The notes beneath the pieces were generated by a model. The model was not told the DNA's origin, made no database searches, and saw only the letters and a list, made by a program, of their open reading frames with translations. A stretch of DNA of 64,000 bases from an uncultured Chitinophagales bacterium (GTDB lineage Bacteria > Bacteroidota > Ignavibacteria > UBA10030 > F1-140-MAGs086). The DNA lies in NCBI GenBank assembly GCA_964358705.1, contig CAYHPL010000004.1, forward strand, positions 62,750 to 126,749, read 5' to 3'. Positions 44,169-54,440 of this stretch are shown piece by piece (the stretch's first letter is position 1; every line of letters starts with the position of its first letter). The translations under genes and the position numbers were made by a program.

Positions 44169-47100
44169 TAACAACAGTTTCTTTGTTTCTGCTTTTTCAC
44201 CGGCGATAAGTTTGTAGTAATACACACCGCTGGGCAACATACTTGCATTGAACTCGATTGTGTGTTCGCCTGCATCCATTACTTCATTATGCAATAATGT
44301 TGCAACTTCCTGCCCAAGTACGTTATAGATTTTCAATGTAACATTACCAAAAGCCAACAGCGAAAAGCCAATAACTGTTTGAGGGTTGAATGGATTCGGA
44401 TAGTTTTGCTCGAGTATAAAATCATCTGCTACTGTTTCGTTAGTAAAGGAATTTAACGGCTCAGTTTTTCCATTGGGAAGTTTTTGCAGTTTTGGAAATG
44501 TATAGAGCGCAATTGTTCCGGGAAATTTTAATCCCGCGTTTGCTACTATCGAATCCCCGTTGACGAATGATATCGAAGTATAAAATGCTTCGTTGATTCC
44601 ATTCAACATTTTTCTCAATTGTTCTAATTCTGTTGCACCTGCAATCGCAAAACTTCCATTCGGTAATTGTTTCCATGCATATTTGGAAAGAAGGGTATCA
44701 ACTGCATTTGCAATTTGCGAAAGTGTTTTTCCGCTCCACATACTTGCAGCATCACTATAGGTGAGTGAATCTAATCCCGATGGTGTAATGAATTTTCTGC
44801 TCGCATACAGGTTCAGTTTAAATACACTAAACGCCTGCGCAAGCGGGTTCGTGTAACTTTCCGAAGTTGGCTTCAGTTCTTTCAAAAATTTTTTCTTTTT
44901 CCCAGACCCGGCTTTTCTCACCGTATCGAATGGCGCATTGTACAAAGAATCTGTTTGCAGCGATGTATAAAATTTTCCAAAATCAGTTCCCTTTTTGAAA
45001 CGAATCCATCCGTATTTTTTTAAAGAATCTTTATTCGTTTCAGCAATACCAATGACGATGCCTGCTTTACTATCAAATCGCGAAATCACCGTATCGCGAA
45101 AATTAGCGACATTCGGTAATGCGGCTGGGCGGGCGGATTTCACTTTGAGTTTATTGGGTTTTGCAGAAAATGCAACTTCGGTTTTGAACGTTCTGTATTT
45201 CACTAAATCCGTTAATGGAATTTCGTAATTGTATCCGAAATTTTTTCCGCTTGCATTGGTGTTGGAAGTAATAACGACCGTATAAAAAGAAAATTCTGTT
45301 GGTTGTGTTTGAATCCAGAGCGATTGTGATTGCGCAGAAATCTGATACGTTCCCGATAATAAATCGGAAAAAAAGTAATTGCCATTGGTATCAGAAATTG
45401 TGCTGTCGAGGAGGAGAATATTCTGCGACAGATAAATTTTTCCGGATGTCAACGCAGTGTCATTTCCATTAAATATACCGTTGCTATCAATATCGTGATA
45501 GAGTTTACCGCTGATGTTTCCCAGTTTAAACACGCCAAAATTATTTCCTGTGGAATAACTGTTGCTCTGCATCGTTATTGAATATGTTTCGGGAGAAGTG
45601 GGAAGAGTTTGTATCCAATTCATTGGAGGAATTTCTTCGAGAGAATACTCTCCTGCAAGTAAGTTGCTGAAAATATAATTGCCGTCTTCATCCGTAAGTG
45701 TCGAATCATTTTCTGCGCCGCTCAATGTTATTTTCCAATCGGAAAGCCCAAGTTCATTTTCCTCTTTTGTACCATCGCCATTGACATCATTAAATACTGT
45801 TCCCGTAATCGTTCCAACAGCAAAGTTCGCAAAATTTTTATCTGCAACATTTTCTCCTGCGTTCAAAGTAATATTATACTCATTGCTTTCCGGAAAAGTG
45901 ATAATCCAATTGCTTTGTATTTCTTCGCTCATAGAATAGTTTCCAACAATTAAATTTGAAAAGGTATAATTTCCGTTTTCATCTGTAAGCGTCGTTTCAT
46001 TCATTGCTCCGGAAAGAAAGACTTTCCATTGTAATAAACCGCCGTCCTCACTATCTAATGTTCCATTACCTTCGACATCGTTAAATACTTTTCCGCTAAT
46101 TGATGCCGGAAGTCTGTTCCCAAAATATCTTCCTGTAAAATTACTGCCACTAAAGATAGAACAAGAATACGTCCCGTTCCCGGTAGGAAATGTTTGTATC
46201 CAATCAGGTTGCTGAATCTCGTGAATCGAATAATTTCCTACAACGAGGTTTTGAAAAGTATAATTACCATTTGCATCTGTGAGGAGGGTATCATTTCGTG
46301 TTCCGTTCAGAATTATTTTCCAGTTTTGTAATCCTGCTTCACCGTTATCAATATTACCATTTGCATTTACGTCATGAAATTTTTTTCCCGCAATCGTGCC
46401 CAGCTGAAAACTGCCGAAATTTTTATTTGAAAAAGTACCGCCGCTCTGTATCGTTACGGCGTAAAATGTTGGTGCAGCAGGAAAAGTTTGTATCCATCCC
46501 GTTCTGGTTTCTGCCGTGATGTTGTACGTTCCGTATGATAAATTAGAAAACAAGTAATTCCCCTCTACACTTGATAAAAGGGAATCTACAACCGTATTAT
46601 TCTTTTTGAGATAGATTTTCCATTGTGCAATGGTATTTTCTGCATTACCAAAAATGCTGTCCCCGTTGCTGTCATTAAAAATGCTTCCGCTAACAGTTCC
46701 TAAATGAAAATTGCCAAAGTTTTTATTGGTTGCACTATCTGTTCCTGTCAGTGTTATAGAATATGTTGTCGGCAATGTTGTTTGCGTCCATCCGGTGGGA
46801 ATAGATTGTGTGAGGATATAGTTTCCTCCTGCTAAATTTGAGAAGCGGAATGTTCCGTTTCCGTCGGTGATAACCGAATCTGTTTTTGTGCCGCTTAATT
46901 TAATTTTCCACTGCGTAATTCCATTCTCACTAATATCTTTAATTCCATTGCCATTTATATCATTAAAAATATTTCCGCTAATTGAACTTGCAAATACCTG
47001 TTGTTGTAATTGAAACGCAAACGTATCCGGCGAAACTGTTTCATTGAAGTCATCTGTCGTTGTGATGTTCCATTTATAATTTTGCGACGGCTGAAATTGA

Positions 47101-48377
47101 GAAGTCAATGTAAAATTATATGTACTGTCCAATGCTTTTACTGTTGTATCTACACCGGGACCGAAAATATGCAGGCGATAGTAATGCGGGTCATTGGAAA
47201 TATTTGCCGTGCGGTTCCAGCGAAATGTAATATTCGCATTTAGTTGAAACGTAGAATTTTCTGCCGGAGAAATATTGTAAACCACAACACGCGCTCTCAA
47301 CGAATCGTGCGTAAACACATACGTGCCTGTTTGCAAATCCGATGCAATTATTTTTCCCGAAGGAAAATACGGATACACACCCCATACACCATCGTAGCCG
47401 CCGCTGTTTCCCGGATACGAATCGTATGAGCCCGCCGTTGCAGGATTGTTCGGGTCACGAATATCCACGGCAACTGTTCCTGCCGTGTACCACGCAACAT
47501 ACGCATACTTTCCGCGCACGGTTACGTTATGCACAATGTCTGCAGGATTGATGGAGTACGTCATAGCAGGCGATGATGGCGGCGTTGGAAGCGAAGATAA
47601 ATCCCAGAACTTTAAATTTTTATTTGTACTGCCGATTTCATCGGTGGAGATTACATATTTGCCGTCTGCTGTTGTCCACGTATTGTGCGTACCGGAACCG
47701 CTGTATGTAATGCGTGCAATAAGTGCAGGAGAAGTTTTATTCGCAACATTCACAATATCCACGCCGCCGTTGCTATAGACAGCCGCTGCAAACATCGTAT
47801 CGTTACGCACGTAACTATCGTGTATATACCGTTGCGCATATTCACCCTGAAATACAGGCGCAGTCGGATTGGCAAGGAGTGAAAATATCAATACGCCGCC
47901 CGGACTCCAGTTTGCACATCCGTTGAGATACAAATAGCCGTCAAAGATTTCCAGCGAGTGTGCTTTCTGTGTATGCTTTGCGCCGCTTGTATAAACATAA
48001 GAAGTTACAAGCGATGCAGAAGTGGGAAGATTGGAGAGGTCAATTATTTGCATTCCGCTGCCGCCTTCCGTTACTACATACGCATAATTTTTATACGTGC
48101 GGATTTCTCGCCATATCGAAGAAGGTCCGCTGATGAATGCGACTTCGGTTGCGCCGGTGGTTATATCAATGATTGCTGTTCCGGTATATGTGCCGACTAT
48201 TGCATATTCTTTTCCATTGGGCGCAGTCCATCCCCAACAGCCGCTGTATGCATCCGTTCCGCTTTGTCCGTGCTTTTGGTCGAGATGCGCGAACAGCGAA
48301 ATGCCATTGGGCGGAAGTGCAAACGTAGTACCGCATAAAATGAAAATGCTTAAAAAAATATAGATACATAGTTTCAT
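44160..48377 (-). CDS. Secreted LVIVD-repeat (choice-of-anchor-B-like) beta-propeller + Ig-like + 6x SdrD-B-like repeats + conserved pre-CTD module + T9SS CTD
   Basis: N-terminal segment DAYSGCWGWTAPNGKEYAIVGTYTGTAIIDIT. LVIVD-like blades (AYVVTEGGSGMQIIDLSN, AVYSNGGVDIVNVAN, AYVAWYTAGTVAVDIRDPNNP). Six ~97-aa repeats ISG.(I/V)FND.NG(N/D)G......GL..WK(I/V).L.G...TD.NGNY.FSNL..G.Y. CTD LEQNYPNPFNPQTVIGF...TKKLLLLK. ATG 48377 (MKLCIYIF...) is preferred over TTG 48404. Confidence 0.85.
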   Translation of the reverse strand: MKLCIYIFLSIFILCGTTFALPPNGISLFAHLDQKHGQSGTDAYSGCWGWTAPNGKEYAIVGTYTGTAIIDITTGATEVAFISGPSSIWREIRTYKNYAYVVTEGGSGMQIIDLSNLPTSASLVTSYVYTSGAKHTQKAHSLEIFDGYLYLNGCANWSPGGVLIFSLLANPTAPVFQGEYAQRYIHDSYVRNDTMFAAAVYSNGGVDIVNVANKTSPALIARITYSGSGTHNTWTTADGKYVISTDEIGSTNKNLKFWDLSSLPTPPSSPAMTYSINPADIVHNVTVRGKYAYVAWYTAGTVAVDIRDPNNPATAGSYDSYPGNSGGYDGVWGVYPYFPSGKIIASDLQTGTYVFTHDSLRARVVVYNISPAENSTFQLNANITFRWNRTANISNDPHYYRLHIFGPGVDTTVKALDSTYNFTLTSQFQPSQNYKWNITTTDDFNETVSPDTFAFQLQQQVFASSISGNIFNDINGNGIKDISENGITQWKIKLSGTKTDSVITDGNGTFRFSNLAGGNYILTQSIPTGWTQTTLPTTYSITLTGTDSATNKNFGNFHLGTVSGSIFNDSNGDSIFGNAENTIAQWKIYLKKNNTVVDSLLSSVEGNYLFSNLSYGTYNITAETRTGWIQTFPAAPTFYAVTIQSGGTFSNKNFGSFQLGTIAGKKFHDVNANGNIDNGEAGLQNWKIILNGTRNDTLLTDANGNYTFQNLVVGNYSIHEIQQPDWIQTFPTGNGTYSCSIFSGSNFTGRYFGNRLPASISGKVFNDVEGNGTLDSEDGGLLQWKVFLSGAMNETTLTDENGNYTFSNLIVGNYSMSEEIQSNWIITFPESNEYNITLNAGENVADKNFANFAVGTITGTVFNDVNGDGTKEENELGLSDWKITLSGAENDSTLTDEDGNYIFSNLLAGEYSLEEIPPMNWIQTLPTSPETYSITMQSNSYSTGNNFGVFKLGNISGKLYHDIDSNGIFNGNDTALTSGKIYLSQNILLLDSTISDTNGNYFFSDLLSGTYQISAQSQSLWIQTQPTEFSFYTVVITSNTNASGKNFGYNYEIPLTDLVKYRTFKTEVAFSAKPNKLKVKSARPAALPNVANFRDTVISRFDSKAGIVIGIAETNKDSLKKYGWIRFKKGTDFGKFYTSLQTDSLYNAPFDTVRKAGSGKKKKFLKELKPTSESYTNPLAQAFSVFKLNLYASRKFITPSGLDSLTYSDAASMWSGKTLSQIANAVDTLLSKYAWKQLPNGSFAIAGATELEQLRKMLNGINEAFYTSISFVNGDSIVANAGLKFPGTIALYTFPKLQKLPNGKTEPLNSFTNETVADDFILEQNYPNPFNPQTVIGFSLLAFGNVTLKIYNVLGQEVATLLHNEVMDAGEHTIEFNASMLPSGVYYYKLIAGEKAETKKLLLLK
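44424..45197 (-). other. Conserved pre-CTD module, copy in LVIVD/SdrD protein
   Basis: YRTFKTEVAFSAKPNKLKVK...YGWIRFKKGTDFGKFYTSLQ..YNAPFDTVRKAGSGKKKKFLKELKPTSESYTNP...FKLNLYASRKFITPSGLDSLTY...IANAVDTLLSKY. Confidence 0.8.
45225..46982 (-). repeat. Six in-frame tandem ~290-bp (~97-aa) SdrD-B/CarboxypepD_reg-like repeats
   Basis: Each repeat opens with ISGNIFNDINGNG, VSGSIFNDSNGDS, IAGKKFHDVNANG, ISGKVFNDVEGNG, ITGTVFNDVNGDG or ISGKLYHDIDSNG, and contains TD.NGNY.FSNL..G.Y. Confidence 0.9.
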
Positions 48378-48530
48378 AGTATTATTCCCTGTTAAGTAAT
48401 TCAAATCGTAAAAATCACGTGCGTAATTTAAGGAAATTCAATTCAAAAAAAAACAGCCCCCTTTTGCACTTGTACATTAATTTCTCCCTTTCGCGATTTT
48501 CCTATATTTATTCCGCAATTATTACCATGT

Positions 48531-50201
48531 ATGAACATCAACTATTTAAAAATACTATTAACTCTCTGCCTGTTGTTTTCCGCTTTGAGCAAAACTTACT
48601 CCCAATCGTTGCTCGAAGCGCATCCCTCGTCGTTGAATTTCGGAACGAAGCAGACTTCTAAAACTGATTCGCTTGCCGTTTGGTTAGTGAATACAAGCGC
48701 AAATGAAATACATGTAACAGATATAAATTCCTCTCATCCGCAATTCACAGTACGCGATACGAATTTTACTCTTGCTCCGTCTGAAAGCGTGAAGACGTAT
48801 GTATTTTTTTATGCGAAAGATAATCTTTCGTTTCATAGTGTTGTGCTTATTGAAAACAATGGCGGACGTGGCGATATAGGTGTGCGTTGTTCCGCGACAG
48901 CATTCTATGCGGATACAATGTATGCTTTCACACAAAACCTGCGCGATGAACCTTTGAAAACTGCGCTGTATAATTTTAGCAAAAACCATACAGCGTTCAG
49001 TTATAATGCTGCGCGGGATAAGATGTTTGCAACAGTGGATGATTACAATAATGATGATTCGATTGAGTGCGTTTATACGGGAAGAAAAGTGTATGCGCCA
49101 ACCCGCAACGATGCGCAAAATCAGGGATTCAATACGGAACATACATGGCCGCAGAGTTTTTTTAACAGCGCAACTCCGATGGTTTCCGATGTCTATCATT
49201 TATATCCAACTGATGATAATGCGAATAACGTGCGCTCCAATTATCCGTTTGGTGTTCCCACCAGCAATATTACGTGGCAGCAAGGCGGTTCCAAACTCGG
49301 CAAGAATTCACAGAATCAAACGGTGTTCGAGCCGCGTGATGTGCATAAAGGAAATGTTGTGCGCAGTATTCTTTATTTTGTTGTACGGTACGATAGCAAC
49401 TACGGAGGGTTTCTCGATAATCTACAGGAATTTTGGTTTCGCAAATGGAATACAAGTGATGCAGTGGACGCGCATGAACGCACACGCAATAACCGCATTG
49501 CAGCATTTCAATTGAAGCGCAATCCGTTTATTGACCATCCGGAATTTATTGACCGCATTTCAAAATTCACCGGTACTGCAACAACTTCAACGGCGCCGGA
49601 GGTTTCTGTTTCTGAACAATCCATCAATTTCGGAACGGTGAATGTAGGAGATACGAGCCATTGGGCATTAGTAATTGTCAATAGCGGCAATGCTGTTCTG
49701 CAAATTGCATCACTGCAATTTACATCATCGTATTTTTCTTATGAAGGAACAATTACTTCTGTGCCAGCAGAAAATTACGCAATTCTTCCGTTGCGATTTA
49801 TTCCGACAATGCCAAATCAATTGTACGAAGATACGCTGACGCTTATGAGCAATGATAATGATGAAAGCGAAATAAAAGTTTTCGTTGCGGGCAATACAAA
49901 TCCTGTTTCTGTCAGTAGCGAAATGAATGCGCCATTACATTTTTCACTTGCGCAAAATTATCCGAATCCGTTTAATCCAATGACGGCAATCAGCATTCAG
50001 CTTTCAGCAGTCAGCGCCGTTTCATTGAAAGTGTACGATGTTCTCGGCAGAGAAGTCGCTACGCTCATTAACAACGAACGAAAAGTTGCAGGAAATTACT
50101 CCGTAGAATTTGACGCGAAAGACTTACCAAGCGGAATATATCTCTATACACTTACCGCTGGCTCGTATATGGAAGTGAAGAAAATGTTCTTGATGAAATA
50201 A
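48531..50201 (+). CDS. Secreted endonuclease I family nuclease with Ig-like flanking domains and T9SS CTD
   Basis: Signal peptide present. Endonuclease_1 signatures NTEHTWPQSFF, YHLYPTDDNANNVRSNYPFG, FEPRDVHKGNVVRSILYF and RNPFIDHPEF. CTD LAQNYPNPFNPMTAISI...GIYLYTL...KKMFLMK. Confidence 0.85.
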   Translation: MNINYLKILLTLCLLFSALSKTYSQSLLEAHPSSLNFGTKQTSKTDSLAVWLVNTSANEIHVTDINSSHPQFTVRDTNFTLAPSESVKTYVFFYAKDNLSFHSVVLIENNGGRGDIGVRCSATAFYADTMYAFTQNLRDEPLKTALYNFSKNHTAFSYNAARDKMFATVDDYNNDDSIECVYTGRKVYAPTRNDAQNQGFNTEHTWPQSFFNSATPMVSDVYHLYPTDDNANNVRSNYPFGVPTSNITWQQGGSKLGKNSQNQTVFEPRDVHKGNVVRSILYFVVRYDSNYGGFLDNLQEFWFRKWNTSDAVDAHERTRNNRIAAFQLKRNPFIDHPEFIDRISKFTGTATTSTAPEVSVSEQSINFGTVNVGDTSHWALVIVNSGNAVLQIASLQFTSSYFSYEGTITSVPAENYAILPLRFIPTMPNQLYEDTLTLMSNDNDESEIKVFVAGNTNPVSVSSEMNAPLHFSLAQNYPNPFNPMTAISIQLSAVSAVSLKVYDVLGREVATLINNERKVAGNYSVEFDAKDLPSGIYLYTLTAGSYMEVKKMFLMK

Positions 50202-50242
50202 TCATTGACGTTCTCGAAAAAATACGTTCTTTCATTTTGACT

Positions 50243-50866
50243 ATGGATTGGTATCAACTTATCGGCTATGCGGGTTCATTGCTCATTGCAATTGCATTGA
50301 TGATGAACAATATCTGGAAACTGCGCTGGATTAATATGTGCGGTGCGGCGACCTTTGCTGTCTATGGTTTACTCATTCATTCGTATCCGGTGCTTCTTCT
50401 CAATGCGTGGAATACGTGCGTCAATGCATACTATCTTTTCATCGTTGCAAAGAAGAAAGATTATTTTTCCGTGCTGCAACTTCCCGAAGTAAAGACAAAT
50501 TACCTCGAGCGCTTTCTGCATTTTTATCAGAAGGACATCCATAAATTTTTTCCTGCATTTGATTGGGATGCATTAGAAAAACCGCAGGGATATTTTATTC
50601 TCCGCAATCTTTTTCCTGTTGGGCTGTTTGTCTATACTACAAAATCAGATGGCGTGATTGAAATTATTCTTGACTATGTTATTCCCGATTACCGCGATTT
50701 GAAGAACGCGCATTTTTCATTTAATGCGCAAGCAAAAATTTTTAAAGAACAAGGTTTTCGCTGCTTTGAAACACGGACAACGATACAAGCGCATCGTAAG
50801 TATTTGCTGCAAATTGGTTTTAGAGAAATTTCCTCCGATGCAACACTCTTTCGCAAAGACATTTGA
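50243..50866 (+). CDS. Membrane protein: YgjV-like 3-TM N-terminal domain fused to an uncharacterised (possibly GNAT-like) cytoplasmic domain
   Basis: The N-terminus MDWYQLIGYAGSLLIAIALMMNNIWKLRWINMCGAATFAVYGLLI..LLLNAWN resembles the YgjV inner-membrane family. The C-terminal ~130 aa carry no clear motif. Confidence 0.45.
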   Translation: MDWYQLIGYAGSLLIAIALMMNNIWKLRWINMCGAATFAVYGLLIHSYPVLLLNAWNTCVNAYYLFIVAKKKDYFSVLQLPEVKTNYLERFLHFYQKDIHKFFPAFDWDALEKPQGYFILRNLFPVGLFVYTTKSDGVIEIILDYVIPDYRDLKNAHFSFNAQAKIFKEQGFRCFETRTTIQAHRKYLLQIGFREISSDATLFRKDI

Positions 50867-50867
50867 A

Positions 50868-51335
50868 ATGAAACACGTAACAATTTATACCGATGGCGCA
50901 TGTTCAGGAAATCCCGGTCCTGGTGGTTGGGCTGCAATTCTTATTTTCGGAACACATCGCAAAGAAATTTCCGGCGGATTTTTAAACACAACAAATAATC
51001 GTATGGAACTCATCGCAGTTCTCGAAGCGCTTTCTTTGCTAAAAGAGCAATGCAGTGTTGCGTTGTACAGCGATTCGCGCTATATCGTTGATGCAATAAA
51101 TGCGGGCTGGTTAAAAAAATGGCAGGCGAATAACTGGAGGAGAAATAAAAAAGAGAAAGCACTGAACGTAGATTTGTGGCAACGACTTCTTCCATTCATG
51201 CAGCAGCATCAAATAAAATTTTTGTGGACGAAAGGGCACGCAAATGATGAACGGAACATTCGCTGCGATGAACTCGCCGTTGCGGCATCAAGGAAAAAAG
51301 ATTTGCAGGAAGATGTACGCGGTGAAGAGGGATAA
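50868..51335 (+). CDS. rnhA: Ribonuclease HI
   Basis: MKHVTIYTDGACSGNPGPGGWAAIL, TNNRMEL, LYSDSRY, WTKGHAN..NIRCDELA: the complete RNase H DEDD signature. The ATG lies 1 nt after the previous stop. Confidence 0.92.
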   Translation: MKHVTIYTDGACSGNPGPGGWAAILIFGTHRKEISGGFLNTTNNRMELIAVLEALSLLKEQCSVALYSDSRYIVDAINAGWLKKWQANNWRRNKKEKALNVDLWQRLLPFMQQHQIKFLWTKGHANDERNIRCDELAVAASRKKDLQEDVRGEEG

Positions 51336-51343
51336 AAAAAAAT

Positions 51344-52846
51344 TCACTTCCAGTTTTTCATCATTTCCACAAGCAATCGCACACCAACACCGCTTCCACC
51401 TTTTGGACAATAAGGTTGATTATCTTCGAGTATTGCTGTTCCTGCAATATCAAGATGTACCCATTTATAATTGCCGATAAATTTTTTCAAAAAGAAAGCC
51501 GCGGTAATTGCACCCCCCCAGCGTCCACCGACATTCTTTACGTCCGCAATATCGCTCTTAATCAGTTTTTCATATTCATCAAACATAGGAAGTTGCCACA
51601 CACGCTCGTAGGTTTTTTCTCCGGCTGATTTTAGTTTACTCATCAGTTCATCGTTGTTGCCCATCATTCCCGATGCATAATGTCCCAGCGCAACAACACA
51701 CGCACCGGTGAGTGTTGCTAAATCAATAACTGCTGATGGTTTAAATTTATCTGCATACGCAAGCGCATCAGCAAGAATTAATCTTCCCTCTGCATCCGTG
51801 TTATCAACTTCGGAAGTTTTTCCTCCGTAATGGCGCACAATATCTCCCGGTTTCACTGCGTTTCCGCTCAATAAATTTTCTGTTGAAGGAATTAATCCGA
51901 TAACGCGCACAGGAAGTTTTAAACGCGCAACGGTCTGCATCGTTCCGATAACTGCTGCTGCTCCGCTCATATCCATTTTCATTTCCGCCATATTTGCCGC
52001 AGGTTTTATGGAGATTCCGCCGCTATCAAACGTTACGCCTTTTCCGACGAGTACGATTGGTTGTGTAGTTTTTTTTCGTGTTCCGTTGTATTCCATAATA
52101 ATAAATCGCGGCTCTTTATCGCTACCGGAACTGACGGCAAGCAATCCGCCGAATTTTTCTTTCGCGATTCTTTTTTTATTCCACACATCGCAACTGAATT
52201 TATATGTTTGCGCAGAAGATTTTGCCGTAAGCGCAAGTGTTTCAGGATAAATTTCATTGCCCGGCGCATTTTCCAAATTGCGTGCGAGAATTGTTCCTTC
52301 ACAAATTACTTCCGCAATAGAAAAAGCATCGCTCATTTTTTTCACAACGCCTTCCGCACCATCGAACAGAATAACTTCTGTAATTTTTTCTTTCTCTTTC
52401 TTTTCAGAAAAATATTTATCAAATTTGTATTGCGAGAGCATTGCGCCTTCCACAATTGCCTGCGCTATTTCTTCCGAAGAATGTTGCAGCAATTTTGCTG
52501 CGGAAGAAAAATCGAACGCGACTTTTTTGGCGTTAAACGATTTGGTCGAGTTCAACGCCAATGCACTTGCGCGGCGAAGAAATTCTAAAGAAAATTTTTC
52601 TTTTTTCCCGATTCCGATGAAGAGTAAAAACGGCGATGCAATTGAATTATCCGTAAACACTTTGCACACTTCTCCCTCTTTGCCTTTAAAATTTTCGAGC
52701 GAAGAAATTTTTTCGGCAATACTTTTTAATTGCTTTGGGAGAGTTTCAAATTGTTTAACAATGGGTTTTGTTTCTTCGGCAACGAAAAAAATTATTGCGG
52801 CGGATTTGATTTGTTGTAATGTAGATTTTTGTGCTGTCAGTTTCAT
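51344..52846 (-). CDS. pepA: Leucyl aminopeptidase (M17 family)
   Basis: VGKGVTFDSGGISIKP and NTDAEGRLILADAL signatures, 500 aa. Confidence 0.92.
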   Translation of the reverse strand: MKLTAQKSTLQQIKSAAIIFFVAEETKPIVKQFETLPKQLKSIAEKISSLENFKGKEGEVCKVFTDNSIASPFLLFIGIGKKEKFSLEFLRRASALALNSTKSFNAKKVAFDFSSAAKLLQHSSEEIAQAIVEGAMLSQYKFDKYFSEKKEKEKITEVILFDGAEGVVKKMSDAFSIAEVICEGTILARNLENAPGNEIYPETLALTAKSSAQTYKFSCDVWNKKRIAKEKFGGLLAVSSGSDKEPRFIIMEYNGTRKKTTQPIVLVGKGVTFDSGGISIKPAANMAEMKMDMSGAAAVIGTMQTVARLKLPVRVIGLIPSTENLLSGNAVKPGDIVRHYGGKTSEVDNTDAEGRLILADALAYADKFKPSAVIDLATLTGACVVALGHYASGMMGNNDELMSKLKSAGEKTYERVWQLPMFDEYEKLIKSDIADVKNVGGRWGGAITAAFFLKKFIGNYKWVHLDIAGTAILEDNQPYCPKGGSGVGVRLLVEMMKNWK

Positions 52847-52912
52847 AATTGATTAAATTTTGGTTTGTTGCTTATAGTGAGATTCTCTCTGCTCACTTCT
52901 CTCTGCTCTCCG

Positions 52913-53911
52913 CTATTTGCTCTCTGCTACAAGGTACTTTTCTGCTCTCCTGATAATATCGCTCACGATGGCATCAAGTTGCACATCAAATATTCTTGCG
53001 CCTGCTGCATTTTTATGTCCGCCGCCGCCGTACTCTTTGGCAAGTTCATTGAATGCAATATTTCCTTTTGAGCGAAAACTTATTTTCACACCGTTTTCGA
53101 GTTCATTGATGAGTATGCCTGCAACAACACCTTCAATGCTCATCGGATATGTTGTAAAATTATCCGTTTCAATTTCGCTTGTATTTGTTTCCTGAAACAT
53201 TTTTTGCGTGCAAATGATGTACGCAAGTTTTCCGTTGTATGCGAATTGCATTTCCCCGAGCGCGCGTCCGAGCAATACCATCCTTCCCTGCGACCAGCGT
53301 TCGTACACATTTGCAAACGCATCTGTTGGGTCAACGCCGAATGAAAGTAAATCTGCAATAATATTGTGTGTAGAAATATTGGTACGCGGAAAACGAAACG
53401 AACCGGTGTCTGTCATTATCGCAACGTAAAGATTGGAAGCAATTGCTGTGTTCAAATCGAAATGCGGACGGAATGACGTGAGTAAGTGATACACAATTTC
53501 TCCGGTGGAAGCAAACGCATCAGAAATAATGTAATGGTCTGCAAATAATTCTTCATCAAGATGATGGTCAATAATTATTTTTTTTGCTGAACTTTTCTTT
53601 ACAGCATTTTCCATCGAGCGCAAGCGGTTTCCCTGATTGGTATCGAGTATCATTATACACTCCGCAGAATAAATTTTTCCCGCATCACGCGCTTCATCGT
53701 AGCAAATAATTTCATTCGTCGGGTCAAGAAAATCGTATTGCTTCGGTGTTTCGCTGTGATTGATAATGGAAACCTTCTTTCCCATTTGCGTGAGAAAATG
53801 TTTCATTGCTACTTCACATCCCAATCCATCGCCGTCAGGATTGACGTGCGTAGTGAGAACGAACGAAGTATGTTCTGCAATTATTTTTTGAAAAAGTTGT
53901 GTATAGGGCAT
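52913..53911 (-). CDS. nrnA: DHH/DHHA1 phosphoesterase (NrnA-like oligoribonuclease / pAp phosphatase)
   Basis: HVNPDGDGLGC, LDTN, IIIDHH and the DHHA1 motif GGGHKNAAG. Confidence 0.85.
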   Translation of the reverse strand: MPYTQLFQKIIAEHTSFVLTTHVNPDGDGLGCEVAMKHFLTQMGKKVSIINHSETPKQYDFLDPTNEIICYDEARDAGKIYSAECIMILDTNQGNRLRSMENAVKKSSAKKIIIDHHLDEELFADHYIISDAFASTGEIVYHLLTSFRPHFDLNTAIASNLYVAIMTDTGSFRFPRTNISTHNIIADLLSFGVDPTDAFANVYERWSQGRMVLLGRALGEMQFAYNGKLAYIICTQKMFQETNTSEIETDNFTTYPMSIEGVVAGILINELENGVKISFRSKGNIAFNELAKEYGGGGHKNAAGARIFDVQLDAIVSDIIRRAEKYLVAESK

Positions 53912-53920
53912 TGTTGGGAA

Positions 53921-53950
53921 TAAAAAAGCGAGAAAAGAATATTTTCTCGC
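53921..53950 (-). terminator. Rho-independent terminator ending the korA-hicBA-korB-lipoprotein unit
   Basis: Minus strand: GCGAGAAAA-tattc-TTTTCTCGC-TTTTTTA. Confidence 0.8.
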
Positions 53951-53977
53951 TTGGTATAATCAAAAAAAAAAATAGTG

Positions 53978-54373
53978 TTAGTGAGCAATAATAGAAATAG
54001 TATCCGAAATTATATTTCTGTATTTCTCTCGCAGCAACATAGAAATTTTATAAACTCCCGGTCGGTCTAATAGTGCTGTATCAACATAAGTTCTTTGCGC
54101 ATTAATTAATGTATCTGGAAGAGTATAAATAAGTACCTTTCTTCCGCCTTTACCAAACACGAATTTAGCTGGAACAAACATTTTCATAGAATCAATTTTT
54201 CCAATTAGATTTCCTGTCAATGTAACTTTCAATGGAGATACACCGTTGTAAATATTCGCTTTCAGGGATAATTCTTTTTCTTGGACTTTCGTTGGCTCGA
54301 ACAACTCACTGCAAGAAAATGAAATAAAAACACAAACAAGAAAAAAAAGGAAGTACTTAAATGAATTTACCAT
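53978..54373 (-). CDS. Small putative lipoprotein, unknown function
   Basis: MVNSFKYFLFFLVCVFISFSC has a lipobox-like ISFSC. It is the last gene of the kor transcription unit and is followed by a terminator. ATG 54373 is preferred over TTG 54427. Confidence 0.5.
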   Translation of the reverse strand: MVNSFKYFLFFLVCVFISFSCSELFEPTKVQEKELSLKANIYNGVSPLKVTLTGNLIGKIDSMKMFVPAKFVFGKGGRKVLIYTLPDTLINAQRTYVDTALLDRPGVYKISMLLREKYRNIISDTISIIAH

Positions 54374-54440
54374 TTTTATTAAATGCTCTGATACTTCTTC
54401 TCTTGAAAAAGATTCTTCACGATTCAAATTCTTTACAAAA

